In this document: piece by piece, positions 42,225 to 51,929 of the stretch | Layout: each line of letters begins with the position of its first letter | How positions within the stretch are numbered: the stretch's first letter is position 1 | Source of the DNA: an uncultured Fusobacterium sp. | GTDB lineage: Bacteria > Fusobacteriota > Fusobacteriia > Fusobacteriales > Fusobacteriaceae | Length of the DNA stretch: 64,000 nt | Assembly: GCA_900542625.1 (NCBI GenBank) | Contig: UQOH01000001.1 | Coordinates: 43,255-107,254 of the forward strand | Reading direction: 5' to 3' | Notes under the pieces: generated by a model | Database searches by the model: none | What the model was told of the DNA's origin: nothing | The model's input: the letters and a program-made list of their open reading frames with translations, nothing else | Program-made: the position numbers and the translations under genes

Positions 42225-42465
42225 AATAAATAACTCCTATCCTAAGTTTTAAAAACATTATAACAAAAATACACTATTAACTCAAATATTTAAAATATAA
42301 AGTTGTCAGAATAAAAATATATATATTTTATTTTGCTTCTATAATTATTATACCGAACTGTATTAAGACAGTTTTAAAACAGTCAAATCACAAAAAATTT
42401 TTTTATAAAATTTTTAAAAATCAAGATATAAAAAAATAAAATTATCTGTTATAGAACAGTGAGAT

Positions 42466-42494
42466 TTGACAAAAATAGAAAATAATATTATAAA
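42466..42494 (+). promoter_or_regulatory. sigma70-like promoter for mgl (TTGACA-17-TATAAA)
   Basis: Hexamers with a 17-nt spacer in the trkA/mgl divergent region. Confidence 0.4.
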
Positions 42495-42628
42495 TATATT
42501 AAAGAGGCAGTTAATATTCTAAAAAAATATTAAATGTTTTTTATTTAAAAATTTAAATCATATTAAGAACATAAATATATAATGGTTATGGTATTTGATT
42601 AAGATGATATTTGAAGGAGGAAGATTTT

Positions 42629-43819
42629 ATGCACGATTTAAAAAACAAAGGAATAGGAACACAAGCTATACATGGCGGACATGCTAAAAACCCATTTGGA
42701 GCTTTAGCTACACCAATATATCAAACATCTACTTTCATATTTGATTCTGCTGAACAGGGTGGAAGAAGATTTGCTCTTGAGGAAGAGGGATATATTTACA
42801 GCAGACTCGGAAACCCAACAACTACAGTTGTAGAAGATAAAATTGCACTTCTTGAGCATGGAGAAATGGCAGTAGCTACTTCTTCAGGAATGGGAGCAAT
42901 CTCATCAACATTATGGACTTTATTAAAAGCAGGAGACCATGTAATAGCAGATACAACTCTTTATGGATGTACATTTGCATTACTAAGCCATGGATTAACA
43001 AAATTTGGAATAGAAGTTGAATTTTTAAATACAGGAGATCTTGAAGCTGTAAGAAAAGCTATGAGACCTAATACAAGAGTAGTTTATCTTGAAACACCTG
43101 CTAACCCTAACTTAAAAATAACAGATATAGAAGAAATAGCTAAAATAGCTCATACAAATGAATATACAAAAGTTGTTGTAGACAATACATTTGCAACTCC
43201 ATTCAACCAAACTCCATTAACTCTTGGAGCAGATATAGTCGTTCACTCAGCAACTAAATATCTAAATGGACATGGAGACGTAATAGCAGGTTTCGCAGTT
43301 GGATCTAAAGAACTTGTAACTCAAATCAAATTAGTAGGAATAAAAGATATGACAGGATCAGTTTTAGGACCTCAGGAAGCTTACTACATAACAAGAGGAA
43401 TGAAAACTTTTGAAATCAGAATGGAAAGACACTGTTCTAATGCTATGAAAGTAGCAAAATGGTTAGCAAATCATCCAAAAATTGAAAAAGTATATTATCC
43501 AGGATTAGAAACTCATGAAGGGCATGATATAGCTAAAAAGCAAATGAAAAACTTTGGTGCAATAATATCATTTGAACTTAAAGATGGATTTGAAGCAGGT
43601 AAAACACTTCTTAACAGCTTAGAGTTATGTTCACTAGCAGTAAGCTTAGGAGATACAGAAACATTAATTCAACATCCAGCATCAATGACTCACTCTCCAT
43701 ATTCAAGAGAAGAAAGATTAGCAGCAGGAATTACTGATGGATTAGTAAGATTATCAGTAGGACTTGAAAATGTTGAAGATATAATTGCTGATTTAGAGCA
43801 AGGATTAGCAAAAGCATAA
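42629..43819 (+). CDS. mgl: methionine gamma-lyase (PLP-dependent Cys/Met-metabolism family)
   Basis: The ORF track starts at 42611 (TTG). The ATG at 42629 follows GAAGGAGG. PLP-lysine region (SATKYLNGHGD). ~396 aa, typical of Fusobacterium Mgl. Confidence 0.8.
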   Translation: MHDLKNKGIGTQAIHGGHAKNPFGALATPIYQTSTFIFDSAEQGGRRFALEEEGYIYSRLGNPTTTVVEDKIALLEHGEMAVATSSGMGAISSTLWTLLKAGDHVIADTTLYGCTFALLSHGLTKFGIEVEFLNTGDLEAVRKAMRPNTRVVYLETPANPNLKITDIEEIAKIAHTNEYTKVVVDNTFATPFNQTPLTLGADIVVHSATKYLNGHGDVIAGFAVGSKELVTQIKLVGIKDMTGSVLGPQEAYYITRGMKTFEIRMERHCSNAMKVAKWLANHPKIEKVYYPGLETHEGHDIAKKQMKNFGAIISFELKDGFEAGKTLLNSLELCSLAVSLGDTETLIQHPASMTHSPYSREERLAAGITDGLVRLSVGLENVEDIIADLEQGLAKA

Positions 43820-43854
43820 TAACCGCCTACAAAACATGAATGTATATATTATAA

Positions 43855-43890
43855 AAGAAACGGGGGCTTTCAGCTCCTGTTTCTTTTTGC
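43855..43890 (+). terminator. rho-independent terminator after mgl
   Basis: gaaacgggggc…gctcctgtttc followed by tttttg. Confidence 0.55.
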
Positions 43891-43911
43891 TTTATAAAAT
43901 TAGTGATTAGT

Positions 43912-43942
43912 GAAATAAAAAGGCACTCCAAATGGAGTGCCT
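43912..43942 (-). terminator. terminator downstream of gdh (minus strand)
   Basis: aggcactcc-aaat-ggagtgcct with a T-run on the minus strand. Confidence 0.6.
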
Positions 43943-43987
43943 TAATTTGTTTATCTACGATTAACTGTTAAGCTTTCGTATTAAGGA

Positions 43988-45253
43988 TTAGTACCATCCT
44001 CTAACTTTCATAGCTTCAGCAATTCTCTTAATAGATTTCATGTAAGTAGCTTGTCTGAAAGATACGTTCATTTCTTCTTTTAAAGCCCAGATAGGTTTGA
44101 ATGCATCAACCATAGCTCTTTCTTCTTTTTCTTCAACTTCTTTTTCTGTCCAGTAGTATCCGTATAGGTTTTGTACCCATTCGAAGTAAGATACTGTAAC
44201 TCCTCCAGCGTTTGTTAAGATATCAGGAGTAATTACAACACCTTTTTTGTAAAGGATTTCGTCAGCTTCTGGAGTAGTTGGTCCGTTAGCTCCTTCACAT
44301 ATTAATTTAGCTTTTATTAATTCAGCTTCGTGGTTTTTGATTGCGTTTTCAAGAGCACATGGAGCGATAGCGAATACGTCTAAAGCCCAGAATTCGTCCA
44401 TAGAAATTTTTGTTGCTCCTGGAACAGAGAATAAAGTTCCGTCTTTTGCTTTTGCTTCTTCTAATTCAGCAAAAGTAAATCCTTCAGGTTTGTACATAGC
44501 GTAAGCTCCTTCGCTCTTAGCAAATTCAGCAACTGCTACAACTTTTCCACCTAATTTCATTATGTTTTTAACAGTATATTTTCCAACGTTTCCGAATCCT
44601 TGAACTGCTACAGTTTCTTTAGATAAGTCTGTTCCCATAGCTGTACAAGCTTCTCTCATAGTTACAGCAACACCGAATCCAGTTGCTTCGTTTCTTCCTT
44701 GAGATCCTCCATAAGTTAATGGTTTACCAGTGAATACTCCAATTGTTTGTTCTCCAGTTAATTTGTTGTACTCATCTTGCATCCATGCCATGATTTGTCC
44801 GTTTGTGTTTACGTCTGGAGCAGGAACGTCTACTTTTTCACCTAAGTATTTGTACATTCCTCTTACCCAACCTCTTGAAAGTTGCTCTAATTCTCTTTGA
44901 GATAATTCTGAAGGATCTACAGTGATTCCTCCTTTACCTCCACCATAAGGGATTCCAGTTACTTGACATTTGATACTCATCCAAATAGAAAGAGCTTTAA
45001 CTTCATCAGCGTTAACGTTTTGGTGGAAACGAATTCCTCCTTTGAAAGGTCCTACAGCGTCATTGTGAGCTGATCTGTATCCTTTGAAAGTTTTTATTGA
45101 ACCGTCATCCATTTTAACTGGAATAGAAATTTCGATAATTCTTTGAGGTTCTTTTAATAATTCATAAACTGCTGGGTCTGCTCCTAAAGCATCACATGCT
45201 TTTTTAACTTGAGCTTGTGCACTTAATAGTGGGTTTAAAGTTTCTTTTGACAT
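43988..45253 (-). CDS. gdhA: NAD(P)-glutamate dehydrogenase
   Basis: The ORF track extends to 45292. The ATG at 45253 follows AAGGAGGA. GDH motifs present (…KGGIRFH…, GFGNVG dinucleotide fold). Confidence 0.9.
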   Translation of the reverse strand: MSKETLNPLLSAQAQVKKACDALGADPAVYELLKEPQRIIEISIPVKMDDGSIKTFKGYRSAHNDAVGPFKGGIRFHQNVNADEVKALSIWMSIKCQVTGIPYGGGKGGITVDPSELSQRELEQLSRGWVRGMYKYLGEKVDVPAPDVNTNGQIMAWMQDEYNKLTGEQTIGVFTGKPLTYGGSQGRNEATGFGVAVTMREACTAMGTDLSKETVAVQGFGNVGKYTVKNIMKLGGKVVAVAEFAKSEGAYAMYKPEGFTFAELEEAKAKDGTLFSVPGATKISMDEFWALDVFAIAPCALENAIKNHEAELIKAKLICEGANGPTTPEADEILYKKGVVITPDILTNAGGVTVSYFEWVQNLYGYYWTEKEVEEKEERAMVDAFKPIWALKEEMNVSFRQATYMKSIKRIAEAMKVRGWY

Positions 45254-45654
45254 GATAAAATCCTCCTTAAATATTGTACCAAATAAAAACAAAATATGTT
45301 ATTGTAATGATACTGTGTAAAAATTAAAACTACATTTTATATTTGAATTATATATTTTTTGCTCTTAGTAGTCAATTACATTAAATCAATTTTTCATATA
45401 AAAAAAATATATAAAATATATGGAAGAATTGTATAGAAAAAGTATGATTAGATAAGAAAGATGTCAAAAAATGCCAAAATATAAAATAAAAATAAAAAAA
45501 TAATATTTCTTTATTATGGTATAGTAAGTGAGCGAAATAAAAAATTACTGTATAATATATTGACACAATAAACAATTATGTGATATAAATTGATTGAATA
45601 CATAATAAATTTTTTTATTTAATATTTTTTAATATAATTTAGGAGGTCTTATTA

Positions 45655-46650
45655 ATGAAAGTAATATTTTATGGAGTTCGTGACGTTGAGGTACCTATTT
45701 TTGAGGCAGTAAACAAAAAATTTGGTTATGACATGACTTTAATTCCAGAATATTTAACAAACGAAGAAACAACAAGAAAAGCAGAAGGAAATGAAGTAGT
45801 AGTATTAAGAGGAAACTGCTTTGCTACAAAAGAAAGATTAGATATCTATAAAGAAATGGGAGTTAAATATGTAATGACAAGAACAGTTGGCGTTAACCAT
45901 ATTGACGTTCCATATGCAAAAGAATTAGGATTCAAAACAGCTTTTGTTCCTTTCTATTCTCCAAACGCAATAGCAGAGTTAGCTCTTTCTTTAGCAATGA
46001 CTTTATTAAGAAACGTAGCATACACTGCTAATAAAACTAAATCTAGAAACTTTATTGTTGACAAACAAATGTTCTCTAGAGAAGTAAGAAACTGTACAGT
46101 TGGAGTTGTTGGATTAGGAAGAATCGGAATGACAGCTGCTAGATTATTCAAAGGTTTAGGAGCAAACGTAATCGGATACGATTTATTCCCTAAAACAGGA
46201 GTAGAAGACATAGTTACTCAAGTTTCTATGGATGAATTATTTGCTCAAGCTGATATCATTACTTTACACGCACCATACATTAAAGAAAATGGAAAAGTAA
46301 TAACTAAAGAAGCTTTTGCTAAAATGAAAGATGGAGTTATCTTAATCAATACAGGAAGAGGAGAACTTGTTGATACAGAAGCTCTAGTTGAAGCTTTAGA
46401 AAGCGGAAAAGTTTACGGAGCAGGAATAGATACTTTAGATAATGAAGTTTCTATATTCTTCAAAGACTTCGGAGATAAAGCTTTAGAAGATCCAGCATTT
46501 GAAAAATTAGTTCAAATGTATCCAAAAGTATTAATCACTCCACACGTAGGATCTTATACAGATGAAGCTGCTTTAAACATGATTGAAACTACTTTTGAAA
46601 ACATTAAGGAATATGTTGAAACTGGGGACTGTAAAAATAAAATAAAATAA
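45655..46650 (+). CDS. hgdH: (R)-2-hydroxyglutarate dehydrogenase
   Basis: 331 aa 2-hydroxyacid dehydrogenase, closely matching HgdH in length and sequence character ([18 protein letters not shown]… …TGDCKNKIK). Clustered with gct/gcd/hgd genes. Confidence 0.85.
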   Translation: MKVIFYGVRDVEVPIFEAVNKKFGYDMTLIPEYLTNEETTRKAEGNEVVVLRGNCFATKERLDIYKEMGVKYVMTRTVGVNHIDVPYAKELGFKTAFVPFYSPNAIAELALSLAMTLLRNVAYTANKTKSRNFIVDKQMFSREVRNCTVGVVGLGRIGMTAARLFKGLGANVIGYDLFPKTGVEDIVTQVSMDELFAQADIITLHAPYIKENGKVITKEAFAKMKDGVILINTGRGELVDTEALVEALESGKVYGAGIDTLDNEVSIFFKDFGDKALEDPAFEKLVQMYPKVLITPHVGSYTDEAALNMIETTFENIKEYVETGDCKNKIK

Positions 46651-46693
46651 TAAAGTTTAAGTAAAAAACAAATTATATTGAGGGGGTTTTATT

Positions 46694-47884
46694 ATGAGTT
46701 TTTCATTTAACATGTATCAAACTTTAGGATTAGCTATTGTCCTTTTACTATTAGGTAACTGGATAAAAACAAAAGTTGGAGTATTAAGAAAATACTTCAT
46801 TCCTGCACCAGTTGTTGGAGGATTATTATTCTCTATATTAGCAACAATCGGTCACATGAACGGAATGTTTACTTTTGAATTTGACAACATTTTACAAGGA
46901 TTCTTCATGGTTGTATTCTTTACAAGTGTTGGATTCCTAGCAAGCTTTGCTCTTCTTAAAAAAGGTGGAGTTGCAGTTGGATTATTCTTAGTATGTGCAG
47001 TTGTATTAGTTATCATTCAAGACGCTGTTGGAGTTACTTTAGCTAAAATGCTTGGATTAAACCCAGGAATCGGATTAGCAGCAGGATCAATACCATTAAC
47101 AGGTGGACACGGAACAGCTGGAGCATTCGGACCATTCTTAGAAGAAAGAGGAGTTCAAGGAGCTACAGTAGTTGCTATCGCAGCAGCAACTTACGGACTT
47201 GTTGCAGGATGTATAATCGGTGGACCAATCGCTAAAAAATTAACTGACAGATTTAATTTAAAATGTACTGAAGGAACTAAAGAAGAAGCTAAAGCAGAAA
47301 CAACAGAAGCTGTTGAACCAGTTACAGAAAAATCTATGTTCCAAGCAGTATGTATGATCGGTATAGCTATGGGAATTGGAACTACTATAACTCCAATCAT
47401 TAAAAGTTTAGCAGGAATTACTTTACCAGCATACTTAATGCCAATGTTCGTTGCAGCTATAATGAGAAACGTAGTTGACGGAAGAGGAAAAACTCCAGTT
47501 GATGAAATTTCAATAGTTGGAAATATTTGTCTATCTCTATTCTTAGCAATGGCTATGATGACAATGAAGTTATGGCAGTTAGCTGACCTTGCTCTACCAT
47601 TAATGACTATCCTATTAGTTCAAACAGTAATCATGGGATTATATGCTTACTTCGTAACATTCAACGTTATGGGAAGAGATTACGACGCAGCTGTTATGGC
47701 AACAGGACACTGCGGATTCGGAATGGGAGCTACTCCAAACGCAATTGCAAACATGGAAGCTTTCACATCTGTAAACGGATTCTCAACAAAAGCATTCTTT
47801 GTTGTTCCATTAGTAGGATCTCTATTTATAGACTTCTTCAATGCGACAATAATTCAAACATTTGCTAGTATCTTTGTTGGATAA
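46694..47884 (+). CDS. gltS: sodium/glutamate symporter
   Basis: 396 aa GltS-family membrane protein with a conserved N-terminus (…KYFIPAPVVGGLLFSIL…). Confidence 0.9.
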   Translation: MSFSFNMYQTLGLAIVLLLLGNWIKTKVGVLRKYFIPAPVVGGLLFSILATIGHMNGMFTFEFDNILQGFFMVVFFTSVGFLASFALLKKGGVAVGLFLVCAVVLVIIQDAVGVTLAKMLGLNPGIGLAAGSIPLTGGHGTAGAFGPFLEERGVQGATVVAIAAATYGLVAGCIIGGPIAKKLTDRFNLKCTEGTKEEAKAETTEAVEPVTEKSMFQAVCMIGIAMGIGTTITPIIKSLAGITLPAYLMPMFVAAIMRNVVDGRGKTPVDEISIVGNICLSLFLAMAMMTMKLWQLADLALPLMTILLVQTVIMGLYAYFVTFNVMGRDYDAAVMATGHCGFGMGATPNAIANMEAFTSVNGFSTKAFFVVPLVGSLFIDFFNATIIQTFASIFVG

Positions 47885-47920
47885 TTTAGTAATTGAAAAA
47901 AGTTAAATAATTAATACTGA

Positions 47921-47958
47921 AGGTGTTCTGCTGAATAAAGTAGAACACCTTTTTGTTT
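47921..47958 (+). terminator. rho-independent terminator after gltS
   Basis: aggtgttct…agaacacct followed by ttttgttt. Confidence 0.65.
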
Positions 47959-48006
47959 ATGAAAATAATATTATCTGTATGTATTTTAAATAAAGTGAAA
48001 GAATAG

Positions 48007-48035
48007 TTGACGAAAATCTTTTTCTGTAATACAAT
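48007..48035 (+). promoter_or_regulatory. sigma70-like promoter (TTGACG-17-TACAAT), copy 1 of duplicated module
   Basis: Consensus-like hexamers. Aligns base-for-base with the promoter at 49853-49881. Confidence 0.5.
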
Positions 48036-48045
48036 TTAAATATAA

Positions 48046-48074
48046 ATGGAATGCGTTCCATTATATGGAATTTA
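48046..48074 (+). promoter_or_regulatory. operator-like motif ATGGAATGCGTTCCAT + ATGGAAT (copy 1)
   Basis: 16-bp palindrome with 6-bp arms and a 4-nt centre, followed by a direct repeat of the half-site. Located just downstream of the -10. Conserved in copy 2. Confidence 0.45.
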
Positions 48075-48101
48075 TAAAATGAAGTTTAAGGGGGAAATAA
48101 A

Positions 48102-48920
48102 ATGAAAAAAGTTCATAGTATGTATTTCAGTGGAACTGAAACTACTAAAAGAATGGTAAACTACATTGCTGATAAATTATCAGAACTGTTGAAAACAGAA
48201 AAAGAAGAATTTGATTTCAGCATTCTGGAAAATAGAAAATCAGAAAAGGTTTTTACAAGTGATGATATAGTTGTTTTTGGTGTTCCTGTAATAGCAGGAA
48301 GAGTTCCTAATGTATTATTAAAATATCTGGATACAATAAAAGGAAATGGAGCATTAGCAGTTCCTGTTGTACTTTATGGAAACAGAAATTATGATGATGC
48401 TCTAATAGAATTGAGAGATATTCTTGCAAAAGACGGGTTAAAACCTATTGCAGCCGGAGCATTTATAGGAGAACACTCATTTTCTAAAATTCTTGCTCAA
48501 GGAAGACCAGATAAAGACGACTTTGAAATAGCAGCAGATTTTGCAGAAAAAATTTATAAGAAGATAACAGATAAAGATTTTGATGCAGATAAATTAATAG
48601 AAGTTAAAGGGGAAACACCTTATCGTTACTATTACAAACCTAGAGATTCAAAAGGAGTTTTTGTAGATATACGTAAAGTAGTTCCAAAAACTAAAAAAGA
48701 ATTATGTGATGACTGCAAATTATGTGCAGAGATATGTCCAATGGGGTCAATAGATCATGAGGATCCATCAAAAATAATAGGAATTTGTATAAAATGCTGT
48801 GCATGTGTAAAGAGATGTCCTAAACAGGCTAAATATTATGATGATGAAGGATATTTATATCATCAGCATGAATTGGAAGATCAATTTAAACGCAGAGCAG
48901 TGCCAGAAATATTTTATTAA
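48102..48920 (+). CDS. EFR1-family ferredoxin (flavodoxin-like domain plus 2x[4Fe-4S])
   Basis: 272 aa with an N-terminal flavodoxin-like fold. Two CxxCxxCxxxCP motifs (CDDCKLCAEICP, CIKCCACVKRCP). Confidence 0.75.
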   Translation: MKKVHSMYFSGTETTKRMVNYIADKLSELLKTEKEEFDFSILENRKSEKVFTSDDIVVFGVPVIAGRVPNVLLKYLDTIKGNGALAVPVVLYGNRNYDDALIELRDILAKDGLKPIAAGAFIGEHSFSKILAQGRPDKDDFEIAADFAEKIYKKITDKDFDADKLIEVKGETPYRYYYKPRDSKGVFVDIRKVVPKTKKELCDDCKLCAEICPMGSIDHEDPSKIIGICIKCCACVKRCPKQAKYYDDEGYLYHQHELEDQFKRRAVPEIFY

Positions 48921-48955
48921 AAACTTTTTTGCAAAATAATAATAACGGAGGAAAA

Positions 48956-49702
48956 ATGGTTCAGAGCATACTAAGAGCTATAGAATTATTAGAAGTTTTA
49001 AACGGTACAGAAGAAAGTTACTCAATAGCTCAATTATCAGAAAAATTGAACTTGCCGCCAAGCACAATACATAGAATTCTGCAGACTTTATGCCATGCAA
49101 AATATGTTATACAAGACGAGAAATCTCATGATTATCAGTTAGGACCGGCTTTAATACCATTGGGATTAGGAGCTTCTAAAAGGCTTCATTTAAGAAATAT
49201 AGCTTATTCTGTAATAAAGAAGATAGCTGCAGAAACAGAGGAAGACAGCTTCTTAATTGTACCGATAGGAAATAAAGGAGTCGTGCTTGACAGAGTTGAC
49301 GGACCTAGTACTTTGAAAATAGTAGAAGAATTTGGATATGAAATGTATCTTCACAGTGGTGCAGTAAGAAAGGCTTTACTTGCTTTTCAAAGTCAGGAGT
49401 TTATAGATAATTATATAGAAGAGGTATTATCATCACCTAAGTGTTTTCCTAAAATTTCAAAAGAAGAACTTCTTGAATCTTTAAGAAAAACAAGAGAAGA
49501 GGGAGTTGCTTTATCTTCTGGAGATTATTTGAAAGGAACAATAGGAATAGGTGCTCCTGTATTTGATGCTTCAGGAAAAGCTGTTGCATCAGTAGGAATA
49601 GTTGTTCCAACTGTGAAGGTTGATGATGAAAAATTTGAAAATCTGAAAAATATCATAAAAAAACGTGCAAGAGAGTTATCTAACTCTTTAGGATATTTTT
49701 AG
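48956..49702 (+). CDS. IclR-family transcriptional regulator
   Basis: The ORF track starts at 48929 (TTG). The ATG (MVQSILRAIELLEVL) follows ACGGAGGA. IclR wHTH plus a C-terminal effector-binding domain. Confidence 0.8.
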   Translation: MVQSILRAIELLEVLNGTEESYSIAQLSEKLNLPPSTIHRILQTLCHAKYVIQDEKSHDYQLGPALIPLGLGASKRLHLRNIAYSVIKKIAAETEEDSFLIVPIGNKGVVLDRVDGPSTLKIVEEFGYEMYLHSGAVRKALLAFQSQEFIDNYIEEVLSSPKCFPKISKEELLESLRKTREEGVALSSGDYLKGTIGIGAPVFDASGKAVASVGIVVPTVKVDDEKFENLKNIIKKRARELSNSLGYF

Positions 49703-49852
49703 GTCGATAAAATAAAAAGTGAAATATATAAAAAAAGCATAATATGAATTTATAAAAAAGATAGTATATAAAGCTAATATATATATTTTAAATATTGTTT
49801 ATTAATAGTGCAGTATGAGTAAAAAAAGTCTATAAAGAAAGAAAAAAATATG

Positions 49853-49881
49853 TTGACTAAAAGGAACTTCCGTAATATAAT
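49853..49881 (+). promoter_or_regulatory. sigma70-like promoter (TTGACT-17-TATAAT), copy 2 of duplicated module
   Basis: Perfect -10 and a good -35. Drives gcdD-gcdC-gcdB-gctA-gctB. Confidence 0.5.
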
Positions 49882-49893
49882 TCAAATATAAAA

Positions 49894-49922
49894 ACGGAAT
49901 GCGTTCCACAATATGGAATTTA
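49894..49922 (+). promoter_or_regulatory. operator-like motif (A)CGGAATGCGTTCCA(C) + ATGGAAT (copy 2)
   Basis: Core GGAATGCGTTCC is identical to copy 1. Same spacing relative to the -10 and the same downstream ATGGAATTTA repeat. Confidence 0.45.
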
Positions 49923-49942
49923 AATTCAAGGGGGTGTTAGAA

Positions 49943-50227
49943 ATGTTTACTAGTAATGTTATGAGTATCGGAGAATCAATAATTATATCTGGTCTGGGAC
50001 TTACAATTGTTTTTATGGCCTTAGTTATACTTGCAGTTTTAATTTTGATATTCTCAAGAGTTTTTGAAGCAATAATTCCAAAAGAAGTACCTGTTAAAAC
50101 TGAAGTTAAAAAGGCAGCAGAACCTAATAACGACGAAGAATACGCAGTTTTAGTTTCAGCTATCCACGAAGAAATGAGATCTTTAAAAGGTAAGTTTAGA
50201 ATTACTTCAATAAAAGAAGTTAAATAG
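49943..50227 (+). CDS. gcdD: glutaconyl-CoA decarboxylase delta subunit (OadG-like membrane anchor)
   Basis: The ORF track starts at 49913. The ATG at 49943 follows AAGGGGG. Single TM helix in OadG style, first gene of the gcd operon. Confidence 0.7.
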   Translation: MFTSNVMSIGESIIISGLGLTIVFMALVILAVLILIFSRVFEAIIPKEVPVKTEVKKAAEPNNDEEYAVLVSAIHEEMRSLKGKFRITSIKEVK

Positions 50228-50278
50228 TTTGTAAAAAAATTAAAAAATAAAATTTAAAAAAGGAAGGGATTATAAATT

Positions 50279-50725
50279 ATGAAATATGTAGCAACTTTAA
50301 ACGGAAAAAGATATGAAGTGGAAATTGAAAGAGTTGATGAGTACAGACCATTAACAGCAGCAGAAATCGCATCAGGAGTTTCAGCTCCAGTTAAACCAGT
50401 AGTAGCAGCTCCAGTAGAAAAAGCAGCACCTGCACCAGCTCCAGTAGCAGCAGCACCTGCAGCTCCTGCTCCAACACCTGCACCAGCAGCAGCTCCTGCA
50501 GCAAGCGGAAGCGGAGAAACTGTAGTAAGTCCATTACCTGGAACAGTATTAGACGTTAAAGTAAACGTTGGAGATTCAGTTAAACTTGGACAAGTTGTTG
50601 TTATACTAGAAGCAATGAAAATGGAAACTGAAGTAGTTGCAGGTTGTGACGGAGTAGTAGAATCAATTTTAATCAAAAAAGGCGATGCAGTAGACACAGA
50701 TGCGGCTTTAGTTGTCCTTAAATAG
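50279..50725 (+). CDS. gcdC: glutaconyl-CoA decarboxylase gamma subunit (biotin carrier)
   Basis: 148 aa with an Ala/Pro-rich linker and a biotinyl domain carrying EAMKME. Confidence 0.85.
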   Translation: MKYVATLNGKRYEVEIERVDEYRPLTAAEIASGVSAPVKPVVAAPVEKAAPAPAPVAAAPAAPAPTPAPAAAPAASGSGETVVSPLPGTVLDVKVNVGDSVKLGQVVVILEAMKMETEVVAGCDGVVESILIKKGDAVDTDAALVVLK

Positions 50726-50736
50726 GGAGGGAGAAA

Positions 50737-51876
50737 ATGAATTTCTTTTCAGTATTAAAAGGATTACTGCTTGAATCTGGGTTTATAGCAATGACTTGGC
50801 AGGAAGCAGTAATGATATTAGTATCATGTATCCTAGTTTATTTAGCAATAGTTAAAAAGTTTGAACCGTTATTACTTTTACCAATAGCTTTTGGAATGTT
50901 CTTAGCTAACTTACCTATGGCTGGTTTAATGAAAGAGGCTGAGCCTTGGTATTCATCTGGAATATTACAAATTATATACAAGGGAGTTAAGAGTAGCTTA
51001 TTCCCATGTTTAATATTCATGTGTGTTGGAGCAATGACAGACTTCGGTCCATTAATTGCAAACCCAATCAGTTTATTATTAGGAGCAGCAGCTCAATTTG
51101 GAATTTACATTGCGTTTATGCTTGCTAATGCTACTGGATTATTTACTCCAGGAGAAGCAGCAGCAATCGGTATCATCGGTGGAGCAGACGGACCAACAGC
51201 TATTTATATAGCTAACAACCTTGCACCACAATTAGTTGCACCAATTGCCGTAGCAGCTTATTCATATATGGCTCTTATTCCATTAATTCAGCCTCCAATT
51301 ATGAGACTGTTAACAACAGAAAAAGAAAGAAAAATTAAAATGGGACAACTTAGAAAAATAAGTAAAGCTGAAAAAATAGCTTTCCCAATAATAGTAACTT
51401 TATTCTGTTCTTTATTACTTCCATCAGTAGCTCCATTAATCGGTATGTTAATGTATGGAAACATAATGAGAGAATCAGGAGTTGTAGCACGTCTTTCTGA
51501 TACAGCTCAAAACGCTTTATGTAACATAGTTACAATTCTTTTAGGACTATCAGTTGGAGCAACTGCAAATGGAACAATATTCCTACGTACTCAAACATTA
51601 GCAATAGTTGCTATGGGACTTACAGCATTTGCTTTCTCAACAGCTGGAGGAGTTCTTTTAGGAAAATTATTATGTTTAATAACTGGTGGAAAAATAAATC
51701 CATTAATCGGATCAGCTGGAGTATCAGCAGTTCCAATGGCAGCTCGTGTTGCTCAAGTAGAAGGAGCAAAAGCTAACCCAACTAACTTCTTATTAATGCA
51801 TGCTATGGGACCAAACGTAGCAGGAGTTATCGGATCAGCAGTTGCAGCCGGATTCTTTATGATAATATTTAAATAA
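50737..51876 (+). CDS. gcdB: glutaconyl-CoA decarboxylase beta subunit (Na+-translocating, OadB family)
   Basis: 379 aa polytopic OadB/GcdB-like protein. Confidence 0.9.
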   Translation: MNFFSVLKGLLLESGFIAMTWQEAVMILVSCILVYLAIVKKFEPLLLLPIAFGMFLANLPMAGLMKEAEPWYSSGILQIIYKGVKSSLFPCLIFMCVGAMTDFGPLIANPISLLLGAAAQFGIYIAFMLANATGLFTPGEAAAIGIIGGADGPTAIYIANNLAPQLVAPIAVAAYSYMALIPLIQPPIMRLLTTEKERKIKMGQLRKISKAEKIAFPIIVTLFCSLLLPSVAPLIGMLMYGNIMRESGVVARLSDTAQNALCNIVTILLGLSVGATANGTIFLRTQTLAIVAMGLTAFAFSTAGGVLLGKLLCLITGGKINPLIGSAGVSAVPMAARVAQVEGAKANPTNFLLMHAMGPNVAGVIGSAVAAGFFMIIFK

Positions 51877-51929
51877 AAATTAAGTTTAAGTAAAATAAAA
51901 ACAATAATAGACAGGGGAGGTTTTTAACT

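Noticed and set aside
50254-50697. 147-aa antisense ORF rich in Ala/Gly/Thr opposite gcdC
   Set aside because: It is the reverse complement of the Ala/Pro-rich linker of the biotin carrier. It has no RBS and is a low-complexity mirror artefact.
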